From positions 4,064,001-4,128,000 of the forward strand of contig OZ252299.1 of the NCBI GenBank assembly GCA_965250285.1: a stretch of DNA of 64,000 nucleotides, written 5' to 3'. Shown here one piece after another: positions 8,656 through 18,161 of the stretch (position 1 is its first letter; the number at the start of each line of letters is the position of its first letter). Both the position numbers and the translations under genes were made by a program. Under the pieces are notes generated by a model that was not told the DNA's origin, made no database searches, and worked only from the letters and a program-made list of their open reading frames with translations. Source of the stretch: Myxococcota bacterium. Its GTDB lineage: Bacteria; Myxococcota_A; UBA9160; UBA4427.

Positions 8656-8664
8656 CTCGAGCCG

Positions 8665-9222
8665 CTACCAGCGCTTCTTCTTGCCCTTGTGGCGCGTTCC
8701 GCCGCCGCCCTCGTGGCTGATCTCGAGGGCCAGCTCGGCTACGGCGCGGGCGGCCTCGTGGATCGTCGCGTAGCCGTCTTCTTCGAGCCGCTGCTTCGCC
8801 GCGCGTAGATCGTCGGGCTTGAAGCTCGTATTGACGCGGGGGCGGAGTGAGAACAGGTGCCCCATGTGCACCTCGCTGGCGCTGATCGGTCCCACGCTCT
8901 TCGGCCGGGCGGGCGCCGTTGCGGCGGCGGCCACCGGCTGCGCGGACGACGGCTCGGACGTCTCCTTCGGGGGGGCCTGTTTCGGCGCCGCCTTCGAGGC
9001 GGCGGCCTTCTCGGCGGCCGGCTTCTTGGGCGCCGACTTCTTGGCTGCTGCGCTCTTCTTGGCCGCGGCCTTCTTGCCCGCAGCCTTCTTCGCAGCGGGC
9101 TTCTTCGCGGTGGCTTTCTTCGCCGTCGATTTCTTCGCGGTCGTCTTCTTCGCGGTCGTCTTCTTCGCGGTCGTCTTCTTCGAAGCCGACTTCTTCGAAC
9201 CCGACTTCTTCTTGGCAGCCAT
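8665..9222 (-). CDS. Histone H1-like Lys/Ala-rich protein with a small folded C-terminal domain
   Basis: ATG 9222. MAAKKKSGSKKSASKKTTAKKTTAKK... followed by a ~65-aa non-repetitive domain ending RHKGKKKRW. Confidence 0.8.
   Translation of the reverse strand: MAAKKKSGSKKSASKKTTAKKTTAKKTTAKKSTAKKATAKKPAAKKAAGKKAAAKKSAAAKKSAPKKPAAEKAAASKAAPKQAPPKETSEPSSAQPVAAAATAPARPKSVGPISASEVHMGHLFSLRPRVNTSFKPDDLRAAKQRLEEDGYATIHEAARAVAELALEISHEGGGGTRHKGKKKRW
9131..9175. repeat. Perfect 15-bp tandem repeat x3 (TTCTTCGCGGTCGTC) encoding KTTAK units
   Basis: Read directly; degenerate copies flank it. Confidence 0.9.
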
Positions 9223-9452
9223 CGTCACCCCCCAGCGACCGGGCGTCCGCGTGCGTGGCCCGCTCGACTGGATCGAGCGTGACCGCGGAGGCCTCCCGGC
9301 TCGCACGATACGGCAGATCGACTCACGCGTCGGGGGGACGGCCACGCCATGGGTGATTGCCCCCGGATCCCGCCGGACGAGGCGGTAGACTCCACCGAAG
9401 CGCGCGGGCCGACCCAGCCAGGGGCGGCCGCCGCGCCTCGTGGAGAACATCG

Positions 9453-10343
9453 ATGGAACGACTGGATGGGCGTGTGGCCGTCGTCACGGGCGGCGCGAGC
9501 GGCATCGGGCGGGGCATGGGGGAGGCCTTCGTCGCCAAAGGCATGAAGCTCGTGATCGCCGACGTCGAGATCGCCGCACTCGAGCAGACCGTGAGCGAGA
9601 TGAAGACGGCCGGGCACGACGTCACGGGCGTGCGCTGCGACGTGACCGATCCGACCTCGGTCGACGCACTCGCGCAGGCGACCCTCGACGCGTACGGCGC
9701 CGTTCACGTGCTCTGCAACAACGCGGGCGTGGCCGGCGAGACCGGCCCCACGTGGGAGCGCTCGATCGAAGACTGGGACTGGTTGATGGGCGTGAACCTG
9801 CGCGGCGTACTGCACGGGATCCGCAGCTTCGTGCCGATCATGATCGAGCAGGGCGATGAAGGGCACATCGTCAACACCGCATCGATGGCCGGGCTCATGC
9901 CGGGGGGCGGCACGTACGGCGTCAGCAAGTCGGCGTGCGTCGCGCTCTCGGAGAGCCTCTTCGGCGAGCTCAGCGGCGCGGCCCCGAAGATCGGTGTCTC
10001 GGTGCTCTGCCCCGGCTGGGTGAAGACGCGCATTCTCGAGTCGGAGCGCAACCGACCCGAGGCGCCCCGCAAACCCACGGGGCCAACAGACCCGCTCGTC
10101 GAGCGGTTGCGCGGCGTGGCCACCCAGGCTGTTGCAGACGGCCTCGACCCGCGACGCGTGGGCGACATCGTCGTCGACGCAATCACTTCACGGCGCTTCT
10201 ACATCCTCACCCACGACTGGCAGGACATGATCGAGCACTACATGCATCTCGTGATCGACGGCAAGGATCCGGTCGGCAAGCCACCGCCGGGCTTCAGCCC
10301 GGCCGAGATCATGGCCGCGCTCGGAGGATCGAATGACGGATGA
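9453..10343 (+). CDS. Short-chain dehydrogenase/reductase
   Basis: VAVVTGGASGIGRG, NNAGV, NTAS, YGVSK. GGAG RBS. Confidence 0.93.
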   Translation: MERLDGRVAVVTGGASGIGRGMGEAFVAKGMKLVIADVEIAALEQTVSEMKTAGHDVTGVRCDVTDPTSVDALAQATLDAYGAVHVLCNNAGVAGETGPTWERSIEDWDWLMGVNLRGVLHGIRSFVPIMIEQGDEGHIVNTASMAGLMPGGGTYGVSKSACVALSESLFGELSGAAPKIGVSVLCPGWVKTRILESERNRPEAPRKPTGPTDPLVERLRGVATQAVADGLDPRRVGDIVVDAITSRRFYILTHDWQDMIEHYMHLVIDGKDPVGKPPPGFSPAEIMAALGGSNDG

Positions 10344-11205
10344 GGTTCGATACGAAGAGAAGGGATCGATCGCGATCATCGCGCTCAACCGCCCCGACAA
10401 GCTGAACACCCTGACCGAAGGCGTCGTCGCCGGCCTGGCGGACGGCATCGATCGCGCGACCCGGGCGCGCGAGGTGAGGGCCATCGTGCTGCGCGGCGAG
10501 GGTCGCGTGTTCACGGCGGGCTACGACCTCGTGGCCTCGGGCGCCGGCGGCTGGGGCAGTCCCTACGACGCGCCCGGGCCCGAGCCGCGCGAGGGCGCGT
10601 GGGATCCCGTCCGCGACTACCAGTTCATGAACCGAAACGTCGAACGCTTCATGAAGATCTGGCACTGCCCCAAGCCCGTCATCGGTCAGATCCACGGCTT
10701 CGCCGTGGGCGGGGCCACCGACATGGTGTTGTGCTCCGACCAGCTCTTCATGGCCGAAGACGCGTTCATCGGCTACGCGCCGTCGCGCATCTTCGGAACG
10801 CCGACCACGATGATGTGGGTGTACCGGCTCGGGCTCGAGCACGCGAAGCAGTTCTTGCTCTCGGGCGAGGCGATCGATGCCGAGACGGCGCTGCGCATCG
10901 GACTCGTATCGAAGGTCTATCCCGCCGATGAGCTGCCCGCCCGCGTCGAGGAGCACGCCGAACGCTTCAAGCACATCCCGGGCAATCAGCTCGCGCTGAA
11001 CAAGATGCTGATCAACCAGGCCTACGAGAACATGGGCCTGCGCACGACACAGATGCTCGGCACGTTCTTCGACGGGGTCACGCGCCACACCGAGGAGGCC
11101 TACCGCTGGGCCGAGTCGTTCCGCGAGAAGGGCTTTCGCGAGGTCATTCGCGAGCGCGACGCGCCTTGGGGCGACTACGGCGAGCGACCGCGCGAGAAGG
11201 ACTAG
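10333..11205 (+). CDS. Enoyl-CoA hydratase/isomerase (crotonase) family protein
   Basis: LNRPDKLN, FTAGYDL, PKPVIGQIHGFAVGG. Confidence 0.92.
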   Translation: MTDEVRYEEKGSIAIIALNRPDKLNTLTEGVVAGLADGIDRATRAREVRAIVLRGEGRVFTAGYDLVASGAGGWGSPYDAPGPEPREGAWDPVRDYQFMNRNVERFMKIWHCPKPVIGQIHGFAVGGATDMVLCSDQLFMAEDAFIGYAPSRIFGTPTTMMWVYRLGLEHAKQFLLSGEAIDAETALRIGLVSKVYPADELPARVEEHAERFKHIPGNQLALNKMLINQAYENMGLRTTQMLGTFFDGVTRHTEEAYRWAESFREKGFREVIRERDAPWGDYGERPREKD

Positions 11206-11520
11206 GAAGTGTCTGCAGAACTCACTTCACGCACGCCAGAACACCGCTGAGGGTGAACTCGATGGCCAATCGGCAGACGTTGCAGGGGAGGCTCGGAAGC
11301 GGAGGGGCACGGCGACGCGCCGCGAGCGCTTCCCGGCCGCGAGCGCTGCGCTCCAACCGAAGCGTCCCGAGGCCGGGGCAGGCGGGGGGACCGCGCGCAG
11401 TTCGCAGGCGCGACGTGCGCAACACCCGAGCTTCCCGGGTGGATCGCGCCGAGAATGTCTGAGCACGGTCCCCCCGCCTGCCCCGGCCCTGGCACGCCGG
11501 ACTGTGCAGAGGTTCCCTGG
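11202..11520. mobile_element. Structured non-coding MITE/REP-like element
   Basis: Perfect internal 23-bp inverted repeat (11371-11393 / 11466-11488). Imperfect terminal IRs (12/19) around TCTGCA with CTAG/CTGG flanks. Lies between convergent genes. Confidence 0.5.
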
Positions 11521-11527
11521 CCGCCGC

Positions 11528-12442
11528 TCAGCCGAGCCCGTCGCGCACCTCGGGCCAGCGAGCGAGGAATCGCTCGCCATCGGCGCGACCCATGTCGAAC
11601 GTCTGCTGCACGCCTTCGGGGTTGGTGTAGTCCCACTGCGTGATCGGGATGTCACCAGAGGGCTGCACGTAGGTGCGGTTCGCCCCCTCGGTTCGGTTCG
11701 TCGGGCCATGGGGAAAGCTCAGCAGGATGAGCGCCGGGCCATGCCGGTCGACGAGCGACGCGGGTGCGTTGTCGACCACACCGCCGTCGACGACCGGCCT
11801 TCCGCCGCGTCGGTAGTACGGCATGATCGGTGGCACACACGACGAGTGCAGAATCAGCTCGACGAGCTGTTCTGGCGACTCGCATTCGCGCGCCGATACG
11901 AGCTTGGGGCTGAACCCGAGGCGCGTGCCCCAGCGCGCATGCACCAGTCGCTCGCGCTGGTTCAGCATGGTCGCGACCACGCCGAGCGCGAGCGCCCGAC
12001 GCGCCCCGAGCATGCGATGGGGGTGCGCGATCAGCGCACTGAACTCCTGTGTCTCCTGCAGATGTCGCAGGTCTTCGGGGCCGATGTGGTCGCGCAGGAC
12101 GCCGCCATAGATCCGCTCGTGGGGAAACGCGCGCTCGCCCGCCTCGCGCTCGCGGCGTCGCAGGTAGTTGCTCGGGTTCAAGTCGACGCGCACCTTGAAG
12201 TCGGCGAGCACCTCGTCGATGCGACCGAGGGCCGCGGCAACGGCGAAGGCCGCTCCGGCGCTGACGCCTACGAAACGCTCCGGGGCCAGCCCGATCTCGG
12301 GCGCCACCACCTGCCAGAAGCCGATCTGCCAGAAGCAGCGACAGCCGCCGCCCGCGAACACGGCCGACCGGTAGGGCGCGACGGCATCGCCACCCCGCTC
12401 GGCGGGTGAATCGCTCGGCTGCGGTTCGATCGCGTCACTCAT
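11528..12442 (-). CDS. Patatin-like phospholipase
   Basis: FAGGGCRC glycine loop, GVSAG nucleophile, VDGG catalytic Asp. Confidence 0.9.
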   Translation of the reverse strand: MSDAIEPQPSDSPAERGGDAVAPYRSAVFAGGGCRCFWQIGFWQVVAPEIGLAPERFVGVSAGAAFAVAAALGRIDEVLADFKVRVDLNPSNYLRRREREAGERAFPHERIYGGVLRDHIGPEDLRHLQETQEFSALIAHPHRMLGARRALALGVVATMLNQRERLVHARWGTRLGFSPKLVSARECESPEQLVELILHSSCVPPIMPYYRRGGRPVVDGGVVDNAPASLVDRHGPALILLSFPHGPTNRTEGANRTYVQPSGDIPITQWDYTNPEGVQQTFDMGRADGERFLARWPEVRDGLG

Positions 12443-12509
12443 CGACACCACCCGATCCGCGGGTCGCCCGCATCGCCTGCGCGACACCGGGTCGAGGCTC
12501 TTCGGTCCA

Positions 12510-13400
12510 TCAAGCGGGGACCTCCCCCTCGATCATGTAGCGCCAGAAACGTCGCGGCTCACCCTTGGCGAAGTCGCCCTTCGCCTTGTGCTGCACCGAC
12601 GCATTGTCCCACACGAGCACGTCGTGGTCGTGCCAGCGGTGCTCACACGCGGGCGCGTCGGCCTCGGCGCGGTCCTGGAGCGATTGAAGGAGCGCGCGTC
12701 CCTCGGCCTCGTCGAGCTCGCGCACGCACTTCGCGCGATCGAGATCGATGAACAGCGCCCGCGTCCCTGCGACGGCGTGCGTTCGTACGAGGGGATGTTC
12801 GACGTCGACGAGCACCTCACCCTCACCGCGACAGGCGCGACGCGGCGGAAACGCATCTTCGTTGTTGAAGCCGTAGACGACATGCAGACCGTCGATGCGC
12901 TCACGAGTCGCCGCGTCGAGCCCCTCGTAGGCCGCGCGCATGTCGAGAAAGCACGTGGCGCCTCCGCCACTCGGAGGCAGGGCCCGTGCATGCAGCACGG
13001 TCGCGCGCGCCGGACGCTCGGTGTACGAGTCATCGCTGTGAAACGTCTCGAAGAGGCCGGGGCGATCGTCATCGAGCCCGCCGAACGAGAGATCGCCGAG
13101 CTTCTCGCGGAGCACATCGGTCAGCACGAAGCCGGCATCGATCACCTGACGCGGCTCGCTGTAGCGGTGGGTTCCACCGTCCTTCGTGCGGCCGACCGGA
13201 TCCTTGATCTCGCCGAAGAGGCGGGCGACGTGCTGCAGCTCTGCGTCTTCGAGCGCGCGAGACAGGCGCAGACACAGCACCCCCACGCGCGCGAGAAGCG
13301 CCTGAAGCTGTCCGGCGTGCTCGGCCGTCGGCGCGGTCGCGTCGAGGCCGCGCACCTCGGCGACACCGAACCCGGGCTCGTCTTCGCGAACTTCGAGCAC
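12510..13400 (-). CDS. TauD/TfdA Fe(II)/2-oxoglutarate dioxygenase
   Basis: GTG 13400 with GAGGGAG RBS. FHSDDSY (HxD), GGATCF.DMRAAY, HPLVRTH, WDNASVQH. Confidence 0.9.
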   Translation of the reverse strand: MLEVREDEPGFGVAEVRGLDATAPTAEHAGQLQALLARVGVLCLRLSRALEDAELQHVARLFGEIKDPVGRTKDGGTHRYSEPRQVIDAGFVLTDVLREKLGDLSFGGLDDDRPGLFETFHSDDSYTERPARATVLHARALPPSGGGATCFLDMRAAYEGLDAATRERIDGLHVVYGFNNEDAFPPRRACRGEGEVLVDVEHPLVRTHAVAGTRALFIDLDRAKCVRELDEAEGRALLQSLQDRAEADAPACEHRWHDHDVLVWDNASVQHKAKGDFAKGEPRRFWRYMIEGEVPA

Positions 13401-13655
13401 CGTCGTCTCCCTCGAATCCACTTCAGTGCGATGCACCGCCGGCGCCCCGCGTCGCGGGGCGACGGCCTCGATCGCGACCCTCGAGTGTCGCCGAATCGAG
13501 CCACGCTTTCCCCGTGTGCACGGCGGTGCCCGCCGCGGCGCGCGGCCCCCGCTGCACGGGGCGGCCATCCGCCGCTCGCGGAGGCCGCCCGCGCGCGGCC
13601 AACGGGGACGGCGCGTGGCCCCGCGCCCGCGGGTCGTCGCAGGCGGCCCAAGAGC

Positions 13656-13672
13656 ATGGGAATTCTTCCCGT
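13656..13672. promoter_or_regulatory. Palindromic operator candidate ATGGGAA-TTC-TTCCCGT
   Basis: Near-perfect 7-3-7 inverted repeat in an AT-richer stretch about 130 bp upstream of the DUF6502-like gene. Confidence 0.45.
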
Positions 13673-13800
13673 TTCGAGTTCAAAACCGCGATGCGCTATG
13701 AGAAGATGAGCAAGCCGGGTGGATTCCCCTTCGAATTTGTCCGGACTTGCCGACTTGAATTGCCCTGGCCTGCCCTCGTCGACTGCCCGAGCCGTTCCAC

Positions 13801-14733
13801 ATGCCCTTCACCCCGACCGAGCCGTCCCCCGCCGCACCTTCGCCCCAGCTCGCGCGCACCGTGCGCCGCGTGCTGCGACCGCTCGTGCGGCTGATGCTGA
13901 CGCACGGCGTGACGGTTCGGCCGGCCGCGGAGCTGCTCTCTCAGGTCTACGTCGAGGTGGCCATGGCCGAGCTCGAGCGGGACGGCAAGAAGCCGACCGA
14001 CAGTCGGCTCTCCGTGATGACGGGGATCCATCGCAAAGCGCTGCGCGCACATCGCACTCGATCCGAGCCTGCGCCCGCCGGCTCGGGGACGTCGGCGCTG
14101 AGCGCACAGCTCGTCGCTCGCTGGCGGACCGACGCGGCCTACTGCGAGCCCGGAGGCCGCCCGCGTGCCCTGCCCCGGCGCACGAACGACGATGCCGCGC
14201 CGAGCTTCGACGGACTCGTCCGATCGGTCAGCAGCGACGTGCATCCGCGGACGGTGCTCGATGAGTGGCTGCGCCTCGGCGTCGTCGAGATCGACGGGCA
14301 CGACCAGTCGATCCGCCTCGTCCCTTCGGCGCTCGTTCCGGCGCAGGACCTCGAAGCGAAGCTATCGGGGCTCGGCGGCAACGTGCACGATCACCTCGAG
14401 ACCGCTGTCCACAATCTCGAGGATCGCGGCCCGGCGCGATTCGAGCGCAGCGTGACCGGCGACGGACTCGATTCGGATTCGGTGAACGCACTCAGCGGCT
14501 TCATCGAGCAGGCTGCGACCGAGGTGCTCGATGCGATCGAACGACGAATCCACGCGCTCGAGGCCCGGTCGATGCGCGCGGTCGGCGACGCCGGCGAGGC
14601 GGCGACGGCGCACGATTTCGATGAACCCGACGCGAAGCACGAACGGGTCCGGCTGGGCGTCTACTTCCACCGAGAACCCGCGCCGGTCGAACCCGAAGAG
14701 CAAGACGGCGACGAGCGCAGCCTCGATCGATAG
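13801..14733 (+). CDS. DUF6502-family protein (putative DNA-binding)
   Basis: LRPLVRLMLTHGV, TDSRLSVMTGIHRK, PSFDGLVRSVSSDVHPRTVLDEWLRLG, HDHL..AVHNL, RFERSV, RVRLGVYF. Confidence 0.8.
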   Translation: MPFTPTEPSPAAPSPQLARTVRRVLRPLVRLMLTHGVTVRPAAELLSQVYVEVAMAELERDGKKPTDSRLSVMTGIHRKALRAHRTRSEPAPAGSGTSALSAQLVARWRTDAAYCEPGGRPRALPRRTNDDAAPSFDGLVRSVSSDVHPRTVLDEWLRLGVVEIDGHDQSIRLVPSALVPAQDLEAKLSGLGGNVHDHLETAVHNLEDRGPARFERSVTGDGLDSDSVNALSGFIEQAATEVLDAIERRIHALEARSMRAVGDAGEAATAHDFDEPDAKHERVRLGVYFHREPAPVEPEEQDGDERSLDR

Positions 14734-14813
14734 AGAGCCTCGCGCGGCCGGTGGACGTCCAGCCGGCGCGCGCGCTCCGTCGTGCCCGCCCCTCTCGCTG
14801 GAAGCGCCGCGGA

Positions 14814-15236
14814 TCAGCGTGCGGGACGGAATCGAGGCACGGCGAGATCGTCGCTCATGTCCTCCCACACCACCTCGACGGGCATCCCGATCTCGATGTC
14901 GTCTGGCTCGACGTTCACCAGGTTCGAGATGATGCGGAGGTCGCCCGAATCCTCGAGGGCGATCACGGCGATCACGAAAGGCAGCTTCATGTCGCCGGCC
15001 ACCGGACGATGGACGGTCGTGAAGGTGTAGACCTCGCCGCGCCCCGAGACCTCGTGCCACTCGGCGCCGTCGTGCCGGCACGCGGGACAGATCGGCGCGG
15101 GCGGAAACCGGGTCTGCCCACAGGCGGTGCAGCGTTGGACGACCAGGCGGTGCTCGGCGGCCTGCTCCCACCAGCCGATGGTCGTGGTGTTGGCCAGCGG
15201 CGGCGGCATGCTGTCGGGAAAGAATCGCTCGCTCAT
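14814..15236 (-). CDS. DUF35 Zn-ribbon/OB-fold protein (ChsH2 C-terminal-like)
   Basis: WW......L.VQRCTACG..RFPP...CPAC; SGRGEVYTFT; IGMPVEVVWE. Confidence 0.92.
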   Translation of the reverse strand: MSERFFPDSMPPPLANTTTIGWWEQAAEHRLVVQRCTACGQTRFPPAPICPACRHDGAEWHEVSGRGEVYTFTTVHRPVAGDMKLPFVIAVIALEDSGDLRIISNLVNVEPDDIEIGMPVEVVWEDMSDDLAVPRFRPAR

Positions 15237-15246
15237 CTTCGACTCC

Positions 15247-16473
15247 TCACTTCTTTCCGAGCACAACGGCGCTCGACGGCACGCACGCGCCGCTCGTCAC
15301 CAGGCAGACCTCGGCGCCATCGACCGGGCTCGTGCTCTCGCCGCGCAGCGACCGCACGCCCTCGACGACGTGATTGAGACCGTGGATGTAGGCTTCGCTC
15401 AGACTTCCGCCATGGGTGTTGGTCGGCATGCTTCCGCCCTGCCACGCCAGAGCGCCGCTCTCGATGTACGGCCCGCCCTCGCCGCGCTTGCAGAAGCCGT
15501 AGTCTTCGAGCTGCATCAGCACGCAGCCGGTGAAGTGGTCGTAGATCTGTGCGACGTCGACGTCGCCCGGCCCCACCCCCGACTTCGCCCACAGCCGATT
15601 CGCCATCTCTTCACAGCCGCCCGTCGCGTAGATCTCGTCGGCCACGTTGGCGTTCGTGAAGGGACCGAACCCGTAGCCCTTCGGCGCCCCCTGCTCGCTG
15701 CCGAGAATCTCGACTGCCGGCTTCGCCAGATCGCGAGCGCGCTCCTCGGTGGTGATCACGACCGCGCAGGCGCCGTCGCTCTCGAGGCAGCAGTCGAAGA
15801 GGCGATGCGGGTCGGCGATCATGGGCGATGCGAGGTAGTCGTCCATCGTCATCGGCTTGCCGCCCATGACGGCGCGGGGGTTGCGGCTCGCGTGCTCGCG
15901 GAAGGTCACGGCGAGCGTCCCCAGCTGTTCTTCGGTCGTCCCATAGAGGTGCATGTGCCGGCGCGTCGGCAGCGCGTACGCGGCCGCGGCCATCAGCAGG
16001 CCGTACGGCATCGCGAAGCCCATCGAGGTCAGCAGCATCGAGCTGGCCGACTGCACCGTGGGCGGCGGCGGATCACCGGCGGGCGCCATCTGGTCCATGC
16101 CCGCGTTGCCAAAGCGAAAGAACTGCCCCTGACAGAGTGAGCGGTAGACCACGACGACCTCGGCCTGGCCGGTCTCGACGGCCATGGCCGCATTGCCGAT
16201 CGCAGCGCAGCCGCCCCCGCCGCCCGGGAGCCACACCATGTTCGCGTAGCGCAGCGCGGGCAGGCCGAGCTCGGCCGCGAGAAAGACCGCCTCGTTTCGA
16301 TCCTCGGCGAACGAGGCCAGGCCGTCGACGTCGTCCGTCGAGAGACCCGCATCCTCGACCGCGCGCGTGATCGCCTGCAGCGCGAGAGCGTGCTCGCTGA
16401 CGTCGCCGATCTTTCCCCACCGCGCATAGGCGCTCTCGCCGACGCCGACGATGTGGGCCTTCGAACCGCTCAT
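15247..16473 (-). CDS. Ltp2-like thiolase-fold (SCP-x type) protein, probable retro-aldolase
   Basis: DCCLESDGA, IYDHFT, NTHGGSLSEAYIHG.N...EGVR.LRG. Directly upstream of the DUF35 gene. Confidence 0.85.
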   Translation of the reverse strand: MSGSKAHIVGVGESAYARWGKIGDVSEHALALQAITRAVEDAGLSTDDVDGLASFAEDRNEAVFLAAELGLPALRYANMVWLPGGGGGCAAIGNAAMAVETGQAEVVVVYRSLCQGQFFRFGNAGMDQMAPAGDPPPPTVQSASSMLLTSMGFAMPYGLLMAAAAYALPTRRHMHLYGTTEEQLGTLAVTFREHASRNPRAVMGGKPMTMDDYLASPMIADPHRLFDCCLESDGACAVVITTEERARDLAKPAVEILGSEQGAPKGYGFGPFTNANVADEIYATGGCEEMANRLWAKSGVGPGDVDVAQIYDHFTGCVLMQLEDYGFCKRGEGGPYIESGALAWQGGSMPTNTHGGSLSEAYIHGLNHVVEGVRSLRGESTSPVDGAEVCLVTSGACVPSSAVVLGKK

Positions 16474-16593
16474 CCCGTCTTCCTCCGCTGCGACCCCGCG
16501 GCGCAGAGCACGCTCGCCGGGGCGCACCATTCTAGTGAACGCCGTGGCACCCGCGGCGATCCCTGACTGAATGAGCCACCAGATTCAGCGGCC

Positions 16594-16637
16594 AAGAAAA
16601 GGAAACGCCCGCCCCGGCAGACCGGAGCGGGCGTTTC
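16594..16637 (-). terminator. Intrinsic terminator after thiolase
   Basis: Stem GAAACGCCCGCCCCGG/CCGGAGCGGGCGTTTC followed on the minus strand by CTTTTCTT. Confidence 0.8.
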
Positions 16638-16659
16638 GGATCGCGCGTGACGCGTGGGA

Positions 16660-17841
16660 TCAGCTGAAGATCTCGAAGAGACCCGCGGCGCCCTGACCGC
16701 CACCGATGCACATCGTGACGACGCCCCACTTGGCCTTTCGGCGTCGCCCTTCGAGCAGCAGATGACCGGTGCAGCGCGCGCCCGTCATGCCGAAGGGATG
16801 ACCGATCGAGATCGAGCCGCCGTTCACGTTGTACTTGTCGTTGTCGATCCCGAGCTGATCGCGGCTGTAGAGGCACTGGCTCGCGAACGCCTCGTTCAGC
16901 TCCCACAGATCGATGTCATCGACGCGTTTGCCGGCACGATCGAGCAGGCGCGGTACGGCGAAGACCGGGCCGATGCCCATCTCGTCGGGCTCGCAACCGG
17001 CCACTGCGAAGCCGCGGAACGCACCGAGCGGCTCGAGGCCGCGACGTTCGGCCTCCTTCGCCTCCATCATCACGACCGACGCCGCACCGTCGCTCAGCTG
17101 CGACGCGTTGCCGGCCGTGATGAAGTTGCCCTCGCCGCGCACCGGCTGCAGCTTCTGCAGCCCCTCGAGCGTGGTGCCCGGGCGGTTGCACTCGTCCTTC
17201 GTGACGGTGTAGTCGACGATGCTCTCTTCGCCCGTCTCCTTGTCCTTCACCATCATCTTGGTGTCCATCGGGACGATCTCGTCGTCGAAGAGACCGGCTT
17301 CCTGCGCCGCGGCCGTGCGCTGCTGGCTCTGCAGCGAGTACTCGTCCTGATACTCACGGCTCACCTTGTAGCGCTCGGCGACGATGTCGGCGGTCTCGAT
17401 CATCGGCATCCACAGGCCGGGGTACTGCTTGTAGAGCTCCTCATCGACCATGTGCGGGAACTTTCCGCCGAGTGAGAGCGTGATCGACTCGACGCCCGCC
17501 CCGACGACGATGTCCTCGCCGTCGACGATGATGCGACCGGCTGCCGTGGCAATCGCGTTCAGACCGCTCGAGCAGTGCCGGCTCACGACGACGCCCGTGG
17601 TCTCGATGGGGCAGCCCGCCTTCATGGCCGCGATGCGACCGACGTTGTTGCCGCTCGTGCCCTGGGGCGTGCCGACGCCGAGGACGACCTCGCTCACCTC
17701 GCCCGGGTCGATGCCCGCGCGCTCGATCGAGTGCTTGATGGCATGGCCGGCCATGGCCGGGGTGCCGGTGTTGTTGAAGCCACCGCGGTGGCTCTTGGCG
17801 AGCCCGGTCCGGGCGGTCGATACGATGACGGCTTCGCGCAT
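16660..17841 (-). CDS. Acetyl-CoA C-acyltransferase (thiolase)
   Basis: RHCSSG, NEAFA, GHPFGMTG, MCIGGGQG. AGGAG RBS. Confidence 0.96.
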   Translation of the reverse strand: MREAVIVSTARTGLAKSHRGGFNNTGTPAMAGHAIKHSIERAGIDPGEVSEVVLGVGTPQGTSGNNVGRIAAMKAGCPIETTGVVVSRHCSSGLNAIATAAGRIIVDGEDIVVGAGVESITLSLGGKFPHMVDEELYKQYPGLWMPMIETADIVAERYKVSREYQDEYSLQSQQRTAAAQEAGLFDDEIVPMDTKMMVKDKETGEESIVDYTVTKDECNRPGTTLEGLQKLQPVRGEGNFITAGNASQLSDGAASVVMMEAKEAERRGLEPLGAFRGFAVAGCEPDEMGIGPVFAVPRLLDRAGKRVDDIDLWELNEAFASQCLYSRDQLGIDNDKYNVNGGSISIGHPFGMTGARCTGHLLLEGRRRKAKWGVVTMCIGGGQGAAGLFEIFS

Positions 17842-18161
17842 GGGGGACGTTCTCCTGGTGCGGGTGGGGGGCGGTTCGCCCTCGGGACCCGTGAAATGGG
17901 CGCCCGATGTCGGGGTCGCCGTTTCGAAAGGACAGGGCCGGGGAGCGTAGCAGCCAGGATCGGCGCGCAGTGGCCGGTGCGTTTCCGCCGCGGGCCGTTC
18001 GCAAGGGCCTGAGTGGGACGCTCAGCCCGTCGCATCCGCGCCCACAGGTGGCGTCTCAGCAAGCCGACCGAGGTGATCCGGTCGTCGCCGGGCCACACCG
18101 CGTGTAGAGTTGCGCCGATCTTTCGGTCGCGCTCCCAGGTGACCGCTCGAGCGAGGGCCCC

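Noticed and set aside
9040..9220. Short periodic repeats considered as a CRISPR array
   Set aside because: Contiguous 15-bp coding repeats with no spacers; no cas genes in the window.
8819..9388. Hydrophobic 'AAFFAA' ORF that looks like a membrane protein
   Set aside because: Reverse-complement reading of the AKK repeats of the H1-like gene.
17842..18161. Several small hairpins in the thiolase leader considered as a riboswitch or ncRNA
   Set aside because: Short GC stems are expected by chance, and I recognised no riboswitch consensus. An Rfam cmscan would settle it.
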